NCBI RefSeq assembly: GCF_006345805.1
Contig: NC_043000.1
Span: 112,964,001-113,028,000, forward strand
DNA from: Octopus sinensis
Lineage: Eukaryota
Direction: 5' to 3'
Length of the DNA: 64,000 nt
Positions 26,170 to 39,905 of this stretch are shown here, one piece after another. Position numbers and translations under genes: made by a program. The notes below the pieces were generated by a model. It did not search any database. It was given only the letters and a program-made list of their open reading frames with translations, and was not told the DNA's origin. How positions within the stretch are numbered: the first letter of the stretch is position 1; each line of letters begins with the position of its first letter.

Positions 26170-27241
26170 GTTCTATATGCAACGTGTTGGATCATGCCAC
26201 ATTCAAAAGAAGCCTTGGAACTCTCCAAATTTCAAAAATGCCGTATCGTGGGTAAATTTAAAGGTAGACATAGCGTAAAATCGAAGAGGACCTTGACATC
26301 CCACTTTCTACCGTTAATAAGGCGCTTGTGAAATTCGCCAGAGAGGGGTAGAAGTCCATATTACATTTCTCAGGTCCATCAGGACCCTCTGACAATACAA
26401 TTTGCTTTGTTAAATGAAGTGTAGAAGATTGCAAGTTCTCTGACAGCAGAACAATTTGATGTTAGTCCCAGAACAGCTGTCAAGCATCACCACAGACCTG
26501 GCTACTGTGGCAGAGCAGCAAGAAGGAAGCCACTTCTTGAATCAACCAATATCGAGTGGAGAAAAAAGTGTGATAATGGTGTGGCCACTAGCATTTTGGG
26601 ACATTATTATATTCCCTGATGAGTCCGGCCTTACTGTACTTTCTAATAGTGTTCAAGTGTTGGTCTGGAGACTCTGTAATCAAGAATTTGACAGGAAACG
26701 ATTGCTGCCAACAATGAAACAAGGCAGCTATTCAGTGATGGTTTGGGGAACAGTTTGGAGAGATGGTCATTCAGAGTTAGTGCAGTGTGATGGAAACATA
26801 AACTATGGTAAGTATGTGTATATATTGCAGAAAGAACTCCTTCTAATCTTCTCCAATGGTGAAATGATTAAAGGAGGCTTATTATTTATGACAGATGGGG
26901 CTCCGTGTCGCAGGGTTGGTAAAGAATTGCATTAAAAAACTTACATGGCGAAGTCTTTCACCAAATATGAAACCTATTGAACAACTCTGGGGCATAATAG
27001 ACGAACAAGAAAGCATGCTCAAAATCAGATCTTTTGAGATTATTGAATTAAACTTGGCAAGAGATTCCTCAAAAGAATATTCGTCATCTGATCAGTAACA
27101 TGCCTAATCCTTGTATTGAAAAAGGCAAAAGGCATGTCTACTAAATATTAGATATTCACATTATAATAATTAATAAATAATTTGAATGCATAATTTCAAA
27201 TTTAAATAAATTCTGACAAATATTAACTTCTGTCATGTCTG
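26170..27241 (+). mobile_element. Tc1-like (DD34E) transposon lacking its 5' TIR, decayed
   Basis: [56 protein letters not shown]; probable 3' TIR ..tattaacttctgtcatgtctg. Confidence 0.9.
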
Positions 27242-27261
27242 TGTGTGTATATATATTTATA

Positions 27262-27410
27262 CATATACTCTTTTCTTTTTTTCTCTTTTATTTGTTTCAG
27301 CTGTCTGACTGCGACCATGTTGGAGCACGGCCTTTTTAGTCGAACGAATCGAACCCAGGACTTATTCTTTGTAAGTCCTAGTACTTATTATATCGGTACC
27401 TTCTGCCGAA
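27262..27410 (-). mobile_element. SINE-B 3' end
   Basis: tgtttcag..gaccatgttggagcacggcctttttagtcga..cctagtacttat. Confidence 0.85.
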
Positions 27411-27579
27411 CCGTCTATATGTTTATATTTATGTAGGTATGCATTAGATTACACGTACGTGCTTCCGTACGTAGGCGTAGATCTTGCCATAAATACCATC
27501 GACTCCAACTCGAATCTGATTTTAATCATTGCCATCCTCCATTAATGAAACTTAGTACGACTAACACCAACGTCACCAC

Positions 27580-27602
27580 CACAACCACTGCTACTACTAC
27601 TA

Positions 27603-27634
<32 letters not shown>

Positions 27635-27985
27635 TAATTTGAATATCTTTTATTTCAAGAGAACGCGTGAAATTTTATTAAAATTAACTGCCTGAGGAAA
27701 CATGGGGGCAATAGCATTAGCAGCAGTAGTAGCAGCAGCAGTAGTAGTGGTGGTGGTAGTGGTGGTTGTGGTGGTGGTTGTAGTTTTGGCGGTGGTGGTG
27801 TTATTGGTGGTAATATTGTAGTATTCTCAGAAGCAGCATTAGTGTAGTAGTAGTGCTGATGGGGGTGGTCGTTGTAGTAATATTGTAGTATGCGTAATAG
27901 CAGCAGAAGCATTAGTAGTAGTATTGGTAGTGGTATAGTAGTTGATGCAGAAGCAGCAGCAGCATCTCTTGTAGTAGTCGTGATG

Positions 27986-28024
<39 letters not shown>

Positions 28025-28050
28025 ACAGTAATAGTAGCAGCTGTAGAAGT
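27580..28050. repeat. Trinucleotide low-complexity block (CTA/GTA/GGT)
   Basis: Visible. Confidence 0.9.
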
Positions 28051-28264
28051 AATAGTTTTAATCACGTTTAGGTGATTGCGCTGTAGGGGTAAAGGATGCT
28101 GTCAATGGTGGTGGTCATGTTTTCGCTGTTGTCGTTTTTGCTGTCTCTATAATCAACGCTCCTCAGTGTAGAGGCTTATGATGACAGAAAGCGCTCCAGC
28201 AGGAAACACCGTGTCTCTTCTTATTTCACGCTCTCTGTTATCCTCATTTATTTTTAAGAAAGTA

Positions 28265-28642
28265 GAAAGGCTGTGAGCTGGTAGAAACGTTAACACGCCG
28301 AGTGAAATGCGTAGCCGTATTTCGTCTGCCGTTACGTTCTGAGTTCAAATTCCGCCGAGGTCGACTTTGCCTTTTATCCTTTCGGGGTCGATAAATTAAG
28401 TACTAGTTACGCACTGGGGTCGATAGAATCGACTTAATCCGTTTGTCTGTCCTTGTTTGTTCCATCTATGTTTAGACCCTTGTGGGTAGTAAAGAAAGAG
28501 GTATTTTGTTTGTCTTACGTTGTGAGTTCAAATTCCGCCGACTTTGCCTTTCATTCTTTCGGGGTACCAGTTGTGTATTGGTGTAGATCTAATCGACTGG
28601 CCCCCTTACCCAAAATTTCGGGCCTTGTGCCTAGAGTAGAAA
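28265..28642 (+). mobile_element. SINE-A dimer
   Basis: Same unit1-unit2 junction (gtaaagaaa..ggtatt) as at 13302. Confidence 0.9.
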
Positions 28643-28934
28643 AGATTATTAAGAAAGTCGAGTGTTATTTCGTTGCTATTTCTTGCAAGGCGGTTACTAC
28701 TGTAATGGAGTACTACCAAAATATGATAGCGTTACTGTTAATTTTCAATTATGAATCAACGCCAGATGACCAGATCCATGGTCAAAATCGTTCTAATTCT
28801 TCGAATTCCAAGGGTAACGTTCCATGCAGTTCCATACTTTACACTATGATCCTTTGAATTTTAATGTGTAAAATGTGACATATAGAAGATTTAACTGCTT
28901 TTTCTAACAGGTCGATATTCACGTACGTATTTCA

Positions 28935-29305
28935 TCGATACTTATTTAATCGATTCCGAAAGGATGAAAAGCAAAGTCGACCTCGGCGGAATTTGAACAT
29001 AGAATGAACTACTGCTAAACATCTCGCCCGGCGTGCTAACCATTCTGCCAGATCGCCGTCCTCCTCAAAAGATATTGCCCAGGCTTGCACATACGCACGT
29101 GTATGGTCGACTTGATTAATGTAAGCCTAAAATATAGTATTCAAATTTTGGCACAAAGCCAGCAATTCAGTGTGAGTGGCTAAACCGATTATAGCAACCC
29201 GAAAGGATGAAAAGCAAAATTTGGCAGGGACAGGATTTGAACTCAGGACGTAAAGACGGACGAAATGCCGCTTAGCATTTTTCCCGGTGTGGTAATGAAA
29301 TCCAG
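28935..29305 (-). mobile_element. Two SINE-A copies (28935-29052, 29134-29305)
   Basis: ccgaaaggatgaaaagcaaa core and head on the minus strand. Confidence 0.82.
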
Positions 29306-29479
29306 GCCAATTCAATATTGCTTATATTCTTCAATAAATTCGATTACGTAAGATCATTCGAGCTAACACTGCTTTGTTTCCGTTGGGTGTGAAACGCCCC
29401 ACTGCCTCCTATCCTTCAGAACTGCTTCGATCCCGTAATCAAATGCTCCGCCAAACAGTTGCTTGTTGTTATACATCGC

Positions 29480-29722
29480 TAATCACAATACGCTTTCCAT
29501 CGTTTTCTACCTCGAATGGTACTACCCCACTGGCTACACGAGCAGGCTAACATTTCTCCTACTTGATTGAAAGGCCAGTCCTTTGTCGTGTTAACTGTTT
29601 GCCGCTGAGTGGACTGAGTCAACGAAATTAGCTGTTTTGCTCCAGAACACACAACCAGCCCGGGAATAGAAACGACATAAGGTCGTGAGTGCAACACGCC
29701 TAATCACTAGGCCACGGGTCTT
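29480..29722 (-). mobile_element. SINE-C (tRNA head, CORE-like), degenerate
   Basis: gctgagtggactg..gctcca..ggaatagaaac..cctaatcactaggccacg resembles the 38532 copy. Confidence 0.65.
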
Positions 29723-29734
29723 TCCCTATGCCTC

Positions 29735-30132
29735 AATACTCTTTCTTTTCCTTTGTCAGTCATTTGACTACGTCCATGCTGGAGCACGGCATTTAGTCGT
29801 ACAAATCGACCCCAGGATTTATTCTTTGTAAGCCTAGTACATATTCTATCGGATTCTTTTGCCGATCCTTTAAGTTACGGGGATGTAAACACACTAATAT
29901 CGGTTGTCAAGCGATGGTGGGGGTGGTGGACAAACAGTGATAGCCACTTACATACAGACACACATATATATATATACACACATATATATTCCGACAGGAT
30001 TCTTTCAGTTTCCGTCAACCGAATCCTCTCACAAGGCTTCGGTCGGCCTGAGGCTATAGTAGAAGACATATGCCCAAGGTGCCACGCAGAGGGACTGAAG
30101 CCAGAACCATGTGGTTGGTAAGGAAGCTACTT
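29735..30132 (-). mobile_element. SINE-B, full length
   Basis: Matches the 7068 and 61836 copies. Confidence 0.9.
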
Positions 30133-30611
30133 TATTTCATTTCATAAAATTTGTCATATAGACAGTACAAAGATCGTGTAGCTTTGCGGGCTGGACAAAC
30201 ACATTAATGAATGAAAATGAAATAAAATGAATAAATGAGAGACGAAACTCGACACCCGCCGATTGGATTTTTCTCGAAAACATATTTTCTTTTTTTTAAA
30301 AATCAATATGAGGTTTCAAACCTCTTACTAGAAGGAGGCACTAAAATCTCTTACTTAACATGTTTTCTTTTTTTAAACACAATTGAGGTTAGAAACTATT
30401 ACAAATAATACAATAAGATGAGGTTTCAAACCCTGAAACGAGTCTTTTTCACCTCCTATTCATCGATATATCCATCATTATCTTCCATGTCGCTTGAATT
30501 CCAAGCTACTTTAGACACAGCCACGTCTGCACCTTACAAACACACACATACACACACACACAAACACACACATACACACACACACACGCGCGCGCACACA
30601 CACACACATGT

Positions 30612-30775
30612 ACGAGGGCCTACTTTCATTTTCCCTCTACCAAAACCACTCACAAGGATTTGGTCAGCCCGAGGCTTTGGTAGATGTCATGCCCAGCGTG
30701 CCATGCAGTGGGACCGAACCCAGAACCATATGGTTGGGAAGCAAGCTTCTTACCAGACAGCCACGTCTGGGCCTA
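30612..30775 (-). mobile_element. SINE-B 5' half
   Basis: ctaccaaaaccactcacaagg..gtgggaccgaacccagaaccatatgg. Confidence 0.82.
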
Positions 30776-31262
30776 AATAATTTCTTATCTCCCTACACGT
30801 CCACATTGTATCTGTATTTAGTATTCAGAACAATAGGCTGAGGTGTTTAGTATTGGGAACAGCGAGCTTCAGTTAGATTGCTGACGTAATTAGTAACGGG
30901 GGTGAGATGAAGGGGGGCGGCAGTTTGAGAAATAATCGATAGCTTCGTACTAAACACGGTTGTACTAATTAAGGTGTTAGTAGTTGTGGTCTTCCTGTTG
31001 TCATTGGTATTGCTTTAACCCCAGGTCATCTCAGAATGAGAATAACTCTCATCATAGACATTCCAGTCACGACTACACATTTCTAGAAATACATTATTTG
31101 ATTTGACCTTCAATTTACACTAACAAAAAAGGCTGCGATTTAGGGAAAATGTTGCTGCTATTTCTAGAATGGTCAGCGACCGCCAAGTGCTGCTTGGCTT
31201 GTTGCGGTCTGTAAGTATTTGAGGCAGTGGTTAGTGTTGGACATACGAGGGAAAGTGTAGAG

Positions 31263-33220
<1,958 letters not shown>

Positions 33221-33752
33221 GTTGCGTGCTAACTCTTTTCTTCCATTTCTCAGGTGTTGTTATAAGGAATTGCCCGTCGAAAGCGAGGCTCGCTCACACT
33301 GACGCCGGCATCGCCGCCGACCACATCGACTTCGTTGAAAAAAACATCGATGAAAATGATGATAATGCTGCTGATGATGATGACGACGATGATGAAGCTG
33401 ATGAGGCAGATGAAGAGTAGGACGAGAAAACCATTTGAAAGAGCTGTAGGGTGAGGTAACATAAGAGAATGACAGTGGGTTATGCTTAACAAAAATGATG
33501 AATTACGGGTTGGTGCATTATGGGAAAAGGAATAATAATAATATTCACCCAGTTACAGCATAAGAACTACAAATAATAAACAGCAAATTTCAACAATATC
33601 ACCTATATTATTACTGCTGCCAATGCGCCCACTACTGCTGCTGCCACTTCTATAGCTAATACTAATTCTACAAATAATAATAATAACAATAATAATAGTA
33701 ATAATGATAACAATGATAATAATAATAATAATAATAACAACAATAATAATAA

Positions 33753-34271
33753 TTCTTATCTTAACTTATTGGAAGTGTTACCATGTACATTGTTTTGTTT
33801 TGGTAAAAGATGGGCTACAGCAAATATTCTGCTCAATACCACAGATTTGCTTGTCAGTTGTTTGACCTTAACCGGTTGAGCATATCTCTTAGTGGCTGAA
33901 GATATGTGCATCTCTGATCACGAGCAGAAGCACTGGGGGAGCATCATAGCCATATGTTGAGAGGAATTCTTTGACGTTTGAATAATTTACATTTGGAAAC
34001 ATGGGTGATTCGTTCAACATCCTTAAACAATCCTTATTCAGGGACCTTTTAAGTGGAATGGGCTACTTGTCCTGAAGAAAATTCTAACTGGGCGCCACCA
34101 GCAAGGTCATGAGCTGTTTATATCTTGATATGAGATCACCATGTCACGCACATATGGTTGTGAGGCATGTACCTGGTGTACCCTTATCAGACGGGTAGCC
34201 ATGAGGGGTATACTGGGCTTCGCATATTTTCCCCCAGTATCACTTTGATGGCATGCACTGTTCTCTCACTC
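33753..34271 (+). mobile_element. Element X: non-tRNA interspersed element embedded in (TAA)n
   Basis: (TAA)n on both sides; first ~335 bp match 54152-54485 (minus); no ORF or pol III boxes recognised. Confidence 0.85.
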
Positions 34272-34284
34272 AATAATAATAATA

Positions 34285-34338
<54 letters not shown>

Positions 34339-34346
34339 TAATAATA

Positions 34347-34543
34347 ATCCTTTCTACTATGGGCACAAATCCTGAAATTTTGGGGGTATGGGGACTAATC
34401 GATTACATCGATTACAGCGTTTTACTGGTGCTTAATTTATCGACCCCAAAAAGATGAAAGGCAAAGTGGACCAAGGAGTTTGAACTCGGAACATAAAGAC
34501 AGACGAAGCCCGGCGTACTAACGACTCTACCAGCTTACCGCCT
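34347..34543 (-). mobile_element. SINE-A in (TAA)n
   Basis: Core and head match. Confidence 0.8.
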
Positions 34544-34552
34544 TAATAATAG

Positions 34553-34583
<31 letters not shown>

Positions 34584-34799
34584 GATAATGATAATAATAA
34601 TGATAATGATAATAATGATAATAATAATAATAATGATAATAATAATAATAATAACAATAGTAATAATAGTACCTCCGAATTTATGAAATAGTCAAAGAGA
34701 ACAATAGCTTACATCAGAGCTACTTCCATCACCGCCACCACCACCACCACCATCACCGCAAATACTAGCAAATGATAATAATACTAATGACAATACGTC

Positions 34800-35905
34800 T
34801 TAGGTATGGCATGAAACTGCCTCCGGGGAAGAACAATGTTACCCTTAAACACAACTACCTCCAGGTTACCGTTAGTCATGAGAAGGGGACAGGTAGTCAA
34901 CAGTGAAGGTATTCAATTAACAGACGTCCAGACATTAAAATCATTGAAAGGAGGAAAGAAATATGAATATCTAGGAGTATTAGAATCTGACAGAGTACTA
35001 ACTATAGAAATGAAAATGAAAATTCAGGAGTATATCAAAAGGGTGAGGAGGCTAATGAAGTCAAGGCTAAATGGTCTGAATCTAGTGAAGGCCGTAAATA
35101 GTTGAGTAGTATCATTACTTAGATACTCAGCAGCTTTTGTAGACTAAATTTGCTACGCTAGACAGAAGAACTAAGGAAGAATTCAATATGAATGGAGGAC
35201 TCCACCCAAGAGTAGGATTAGCAAGATTATACTTACCTAGAAAGGAAGAGGGAGATAGAAAGTTTGTTAGTAGCTGCAGAAGATCAAGCATTGAGGACCA
35301 AATAGATTCCCAATGTAGATTATGCAAATCAAAAGATGAAAGCGTTACTCGCATGGCAAGTGAATGTAGCATGCAGGCACGGAAAGAATACAAGAAAAGC
35401 CATGACAACCGAGAGAGAGTAATCCATTGGGTGTTATGTAGAAAGCTAGGATTTGACCATACTGTTAAATGGTATGGACTTGAACCTCGTAAAGTATTAG
35501 AAAGTAAGAAATACAAGATGCTGTGGGACTTCAACATTGAGACTGTCTGGGTAATAGAAGCTGGAAGGTCTGATTTGACAGTAGTAGGTAAAGAGAATAG
35601 TAAGTGCTAGATATTAACTTTATAGTCCCAAATGATTAAAAGATTAATATGAGAGGTATAGAAAAAATAGCAAAGTACCAGGACCTAGCCATTGAATTAC
35701 AGAGACTATGGAAAGTGTGAGTAAAATGTATCCCAGTAGTTATAGGTACATTTGGAACTATCCCTAAAGATCTGAAGAGATGGATAGAGGTAAAAGGCAT
35801 AAAATCGAGTTCAGTATAGCCCCTGAAAACAGCTAGGATACTTAGGAGTGTTCTTAGCGTATGAGGTTACTTGTTGTAGCCCGGCAGGAGGGTTGTTGGC
35901 ATCTA
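34800..35905 (+). mobile_element. R4/Dong-clade LINE family A, 3' fragment with internal deletion
   Basis: KYEYLGVLESD, GGLHPR..ARLYLPRK, CRLCKSKDESVTRMASEC, KMLWDF, RSDL, KYQDLAIEL (zinc knuckle plus restriction-like endonuclease). Confidence 0.88.
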
Positions 35906-35939
35906 AAATTACTTATAGCCTGGTGTTAGGTATTTTTCT

Positions 35940-36363
35940 TTTCCAACAGCCTAATCTGTTGGTTGTATATGAAAATAATAACTACAAGAACAAGAATTGA
36001 TGTATCAATACCAGCAGATGACAACGCGCCTCTAAAAAGAATGGAGAAACTTTCAAAATACAAAGACCTGGAAATAGAGGTAACCAGAATGTGGAATCTA
36101 AAAGCAGAGACAATTCCTATCATAGTAGGTGCATTAGGCATGATAAAAAAATATTCAGACAAATACATAACAAAAACAACAGGACTAACAAACACATATA
36201 ACATAGAGAAAATTGCACTACTAGGCACAGCACACATTCTACGCAAAACACTTTCAATGCAGTAACCATAAGAGCATCACAACAAACCACAGCACATACC
36301 CAAGGCACACAGAGCTGCGCTCGGTAGTGAAGTGAAAGCACGTTATAAAAATAAAACTACTGA
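35940..36363 (+). mobile_element. R4/Dong-clade LINE family B, 3' end with (TAA)n tail
   Basis: IDVSIPADDN..EKLSKYKDLEIEV..LRKTLSMQ; 3'UTR nearly identical to the copies at 50887, 54570 and 56526. Confidence 0.93.
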
Positions 36364-36366
36364 ATG

Positions 36367-36406
<40 letters not shown>

Positions 36407-37439
36407 TTCATTCTAATTCTTGACAAAAGGTCAGTAATTTTAAGGAAGTAATTTAGCCGACCCAATAATTGAGTAGTATGATATTTAAATATAAATGTGA
36501 CATTCTACGTGATACCAAATTAGAACGTATATCCTCCGAAGAAATACCTCTGAGCATTTTGTCTTCCACTCTAACGACTCTGCCAAACGTCTTTATGAAA
36601 ATGCTTTTACGGATAAATCGGCTTAAATGTTTACGTTTAGAACAGCCTTAATTTTAGGTCTGTTCAATCAGGTTGATCTAAGACGTACGAGAATAGCACA
36701 AATAGTTATTTATGGCAAACTAGTATATTGTCAAATCGTGTCTGAAAGCCACGACTTCATTCATTCATAGAAGGTTTACACGGTAACAATGCTTCTATGG
36801 AATTTCCTTCTTTTTTCTTTTACATCTCCGTTGTTTCTTCACGAAGAGCCATTGTACGAAATATTGATCTCTACACTGTTCCTTGCAGCGTAAAATTAAT
36901 TATACAATTGTTCTGCTGTTTTATTCTTGGCGTGATTTCGTTTGTGTTTGTTTTGCTTAGACGTTATTGTTCTTGTTTAGCCACAGGTCATTTGAGACTT
37001 GAACAGGCAGGCCTATGATCAAAATAATTTAACCAATGACAATGCGACATTTAATTCAAATATAATGTATCTTGGACGACATATTGCAATGAGTCTTTCG
37101 TTATTTATGATTTCGATTTACGTATGTGATTACAGCTTACGAAGGATCGAACGCTTCGTGGAGTTTCCCTTTATGTATATCGATTTATTTATATCGCGGT
37201 TAATTCCCACATATCTTTTATATATACATATATGCATATATACATACATACAAACATACACACATATTCATATAAAGCATGATGATGGCGCTTGTCATTA
37301 GAGAATCGAATACAAGATCATGCAGCTTTCAGCGTGTTAAGACACGTTTTGTAAGTTCAAATCACGCCGAAGTAAATTATACATTCCATGCTTCCGGGTG
37401 CGAAACAGAAATTACTAGTTCAGTGAGGGAGTCTACACG

Positions 37440-37481
37440 TCGTCGTCATCCTCCTCCTCCTCCTCACCATCATCATCATCG

Positions 37482-37514
<33 letters not shown>

Positions 37515-37860
37515 TCATCCTTATCATCATCATCATCATCCCATCATCATCCTCTTCTTCTGCAAGCGTGCGCGTGCACGCGTCATCATTGCCATAGTGA
37601 ACATTGTCTTCATCAGTGTCGTCCTCGATGTAATTATCATTATCAACATCGTCATCACCATCATCGTCATCATCAGTGCAAGTAGATATTGTAGTTTTTT
37701 CTTGCGTTTCTTGCTTTTCTTCTTCTTCTTCTTCGTCTTCTTCTTTTTCTTCTTCTCCTTCTTCACTTCCTCCACCATCTCTCCTCCTCCTCCCCATTCT
37801 TTCCCTTCTCTTTCTTACTTTCTCTGTCTTTCACACTCTCTCTCTCTCTCTCTTTCTATT
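37440..37860. repeat. (CAT)n/(CTT)n/(CT)n low-complexity block
   Basis: Visible. Confidence 0.9.
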
Positions 37861-38029
37861 TTTCTATGGAAGAAATCAATCTGTGTCCAGACATGGAAAA
37901 CAATGGAATTCACAATGCTTAAAATGGTCAAGTCACGCAACATGTCACGACCGCACACCTACCGCTTCTCCAGGAGTGGCAGAGCTGTTAAACACCAAAT
38001 GTACATGCGTATAGAAGAGTGCATCTGTT

Positions 38030-38215
38030 AACCTTTATTTGCTTCAGTCATTGGACAGCAGCCATGCTGGAGAACCTTCGTGAAGTTTGTAGCCGGGCAA
38101 ATTGTCCAAGCTAGAAATTGTTAATTGTGTCGGATCTTGTATAACAAACTTCTAAGTCATGGGGACATAAATAAACCAACAACGGTTGTCAAGCGGTGAT
38201 GGGTGACATGAACAC
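38030..38215 (-). mobile_element. SINE-B 3' part, degenerate
   Basis: cttcagtcattggacagcagccatgctggag..ggggacataaataaaccaac..ggttgtcaagcgg. Confidence 0.7.
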
Positions 38216-38259
38216 ATAGAAAAGCACACATACACACACGCAATCACATATATATATAT

Positions 38260-38506
38260 AAGGATAAGATCGTTAATTTAAATAAAATAACGATTTTATC
38301 AAGTGGACAGCATGGAAAAAATAACCTTCAAAGATAATAATTATTAAAATTATAAATTAGGGTATCTACGAGATACCACCATGCTGAAAATAGCAGCCGT
38401 GTTGCTATATGGACAATTAAGGCGGTTTTAGAGTCAGATCATGGCTGCTATTTTGGTACCACCAGCTTGGTGGTATCTCGTAGACACCCTAATTTATAAT
38501 TTTAAT
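38260..38506. repeat. (TA)n-flanked element with terminal fold-back
   Basis: 38343-38386 pairs with 38463-38506 (42/44); 38387-38401 pairs with 38440-38454 (14/15). Confidence 0.88.
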
Positions 38507-38531
38507 ATATATGTATATATATATATATATA

Positions 38532-38848
38532 ATGGGTACTCCGTCGGTTACGACGACGAGGGTTCCAGTTCATCTAATCAACGGAATAACCTGCTCGTGA
38601 ATTTAACGCGTGTGTGGCTGAGTACTCCGCAGACATGTATACCCTTAACGTAGTTCTCAGGGAGATTCAGCGTGACAGAGAGTATTACTAGGCCGGCCCT
38701 ATGAATTGCAGGTAAATCTCACTTTGCTAGCTGATTGGACTGAGGCAACGCGAAATATAATGTTGTGCTCAAGGGCACAACGTGTTGCTGAGAATTGAAC
38801 TCACGACCTTGCGATCGTGAGTCGAATGCCCTAAACACTATAGACTAT
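38532..38848 (-). mobile_element. SINE-C, near full length
   Basis: tRNA-like head (gaattgaactcacgacc..ccctaaacac), ttgtgctcaagggcaca CORE-like box. Confidence 0.82.
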
Positions 38849-39499
38849 AAATATTATTACAATACCATGGAATAGAATTATTTTCCAGCGAAATAAATCA
38901 CCATAAAAGTAGCAATATAAATAGGAAAAAGTGGCACGACAAGGCACCAACGTTTGCTGGAAATAGCAGTTGATAACCGTACCACGCTATTTAAAGCTAC
39001 ACCGAATGAACAGAGGCAAAGATGTATGCGGGCGGCAAACATAAAAAAAAAATTCGTCTTACCTCCATGAGGAACGCCGGAGAAATGGACAACCTAGAAT
39101 GGATAACCCAGTACTCGAATTTCAGACTTTCTAGAATACGCTTGTTATCGTAAATCTCGTTTGTCTTCTTCAGTTAGGTTCACCGAAGACGAAATTTAAA
39201 ATATCTGCTGCATCCATGCGTGTATATTCGTCTGATATGCCGAGCCAAAAACAGGACTGAGGTCAGTGAAAACGTTTTATATAAAAATTATAAATATTAT
39301 TGCAATACAATAGTATCATTTTCCAGTGAAATAAAGCACCATAAAGGTAGAATTATAAATTGGAAATAGTGGCACAACAATGCACCAATGCTTGCTAGAA
39401 ATAGCAGTTGATAACCATACGATGCTATGTGAAGCTTCACTGTATGTGTGGATGCAAAGATGTGTGCCGACAGCGAACGTTGGTGCCTTGTTGTGCCAC

Positions 39500-39507
<8 letters not shown>
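38845..39507 (+). repeat. Partial tandem repeat (~440-bp period) ending in a fold-back and (TA)n
   Basis: 38845-39045 repeats at 39288-39480; 39363-39396 pairs with 39472-39505 (30/34). Confidence 0.85.
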
Positions 39508-39534
<27 letters not shown>

Positions 39535-39540
<6 letters not shown>

Positions 39541-39730
39541 AAATTTGCAGAAAAACAAAAGACGAACACAGTTGGTGTACAAAACAACCCGATGTATTAG
39601 TATAACGCTCAGGAATAGAAAAAGTCTTTTACGTTTCGAGTCTACGCTCTTCTACAGAAAGGGATAAAGAAAAAAAAAGGAGAGTAAAAATATGTGTAGT
39701 GGCTAACGATCTATCATGGCGACTGACCAT
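39535..39730 (-). mobile_element. Hammerhead-motif mini-element, best-preserved copy
   Basis: (TA)n at both ends; same family as 16105 and 25921. Confidence 0.82.
39626..39661 (-). ncRNA. Candidate minimal type I hammerhead ribozyme variant
   Basis: CTTT-CTGTAGA-A-GAG(CGTAGA)CTC-GAAA-CGT-A-AAAG: helix I CUUU/AAAG, helix II, loopless palindromic ACGU helix III, GUA triplet; core position 6 is U. Confidence 0.55.
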
Positions 39731-39739
39731 ATATATATA

Positions 39740-39905
39740 TGCATCAGGCTTCCGTACGATTTCCTTCTACCAAATTCGCTGACAAGCTATTAGTCAGCCT
39801 GGAAGTAAAATATAAAAAAACAATTGTGTAGGGTGCCGTGCCGTGGAACTGAACCTGAAAGTACTTGGTTGCAAAGCAAGCATCTTAACCACTCAGGCAT
39901 GCTTG
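39740..39905 (-). mobile_element. SINE-B 5' half, degenerate
   Basis: ggtgccgtgccgtggaactgaacctgaaag..catcttaaccactcagg. Confidence 0.72.

Noticed and set aside
30305-30430. Three short tgaggtttcaaac-like repeats; also a 20-mer repeated at 57441 and 57522
   Set aside because: Irregular spacing, few and imperfect copies, no cas genes; not CRISPR
37279-38031. 250-aa ORF with poly-His
   Set aside because: Mostly (CAT)n, (CTT)n and (CT)n; the unique parts match nothing I recognise
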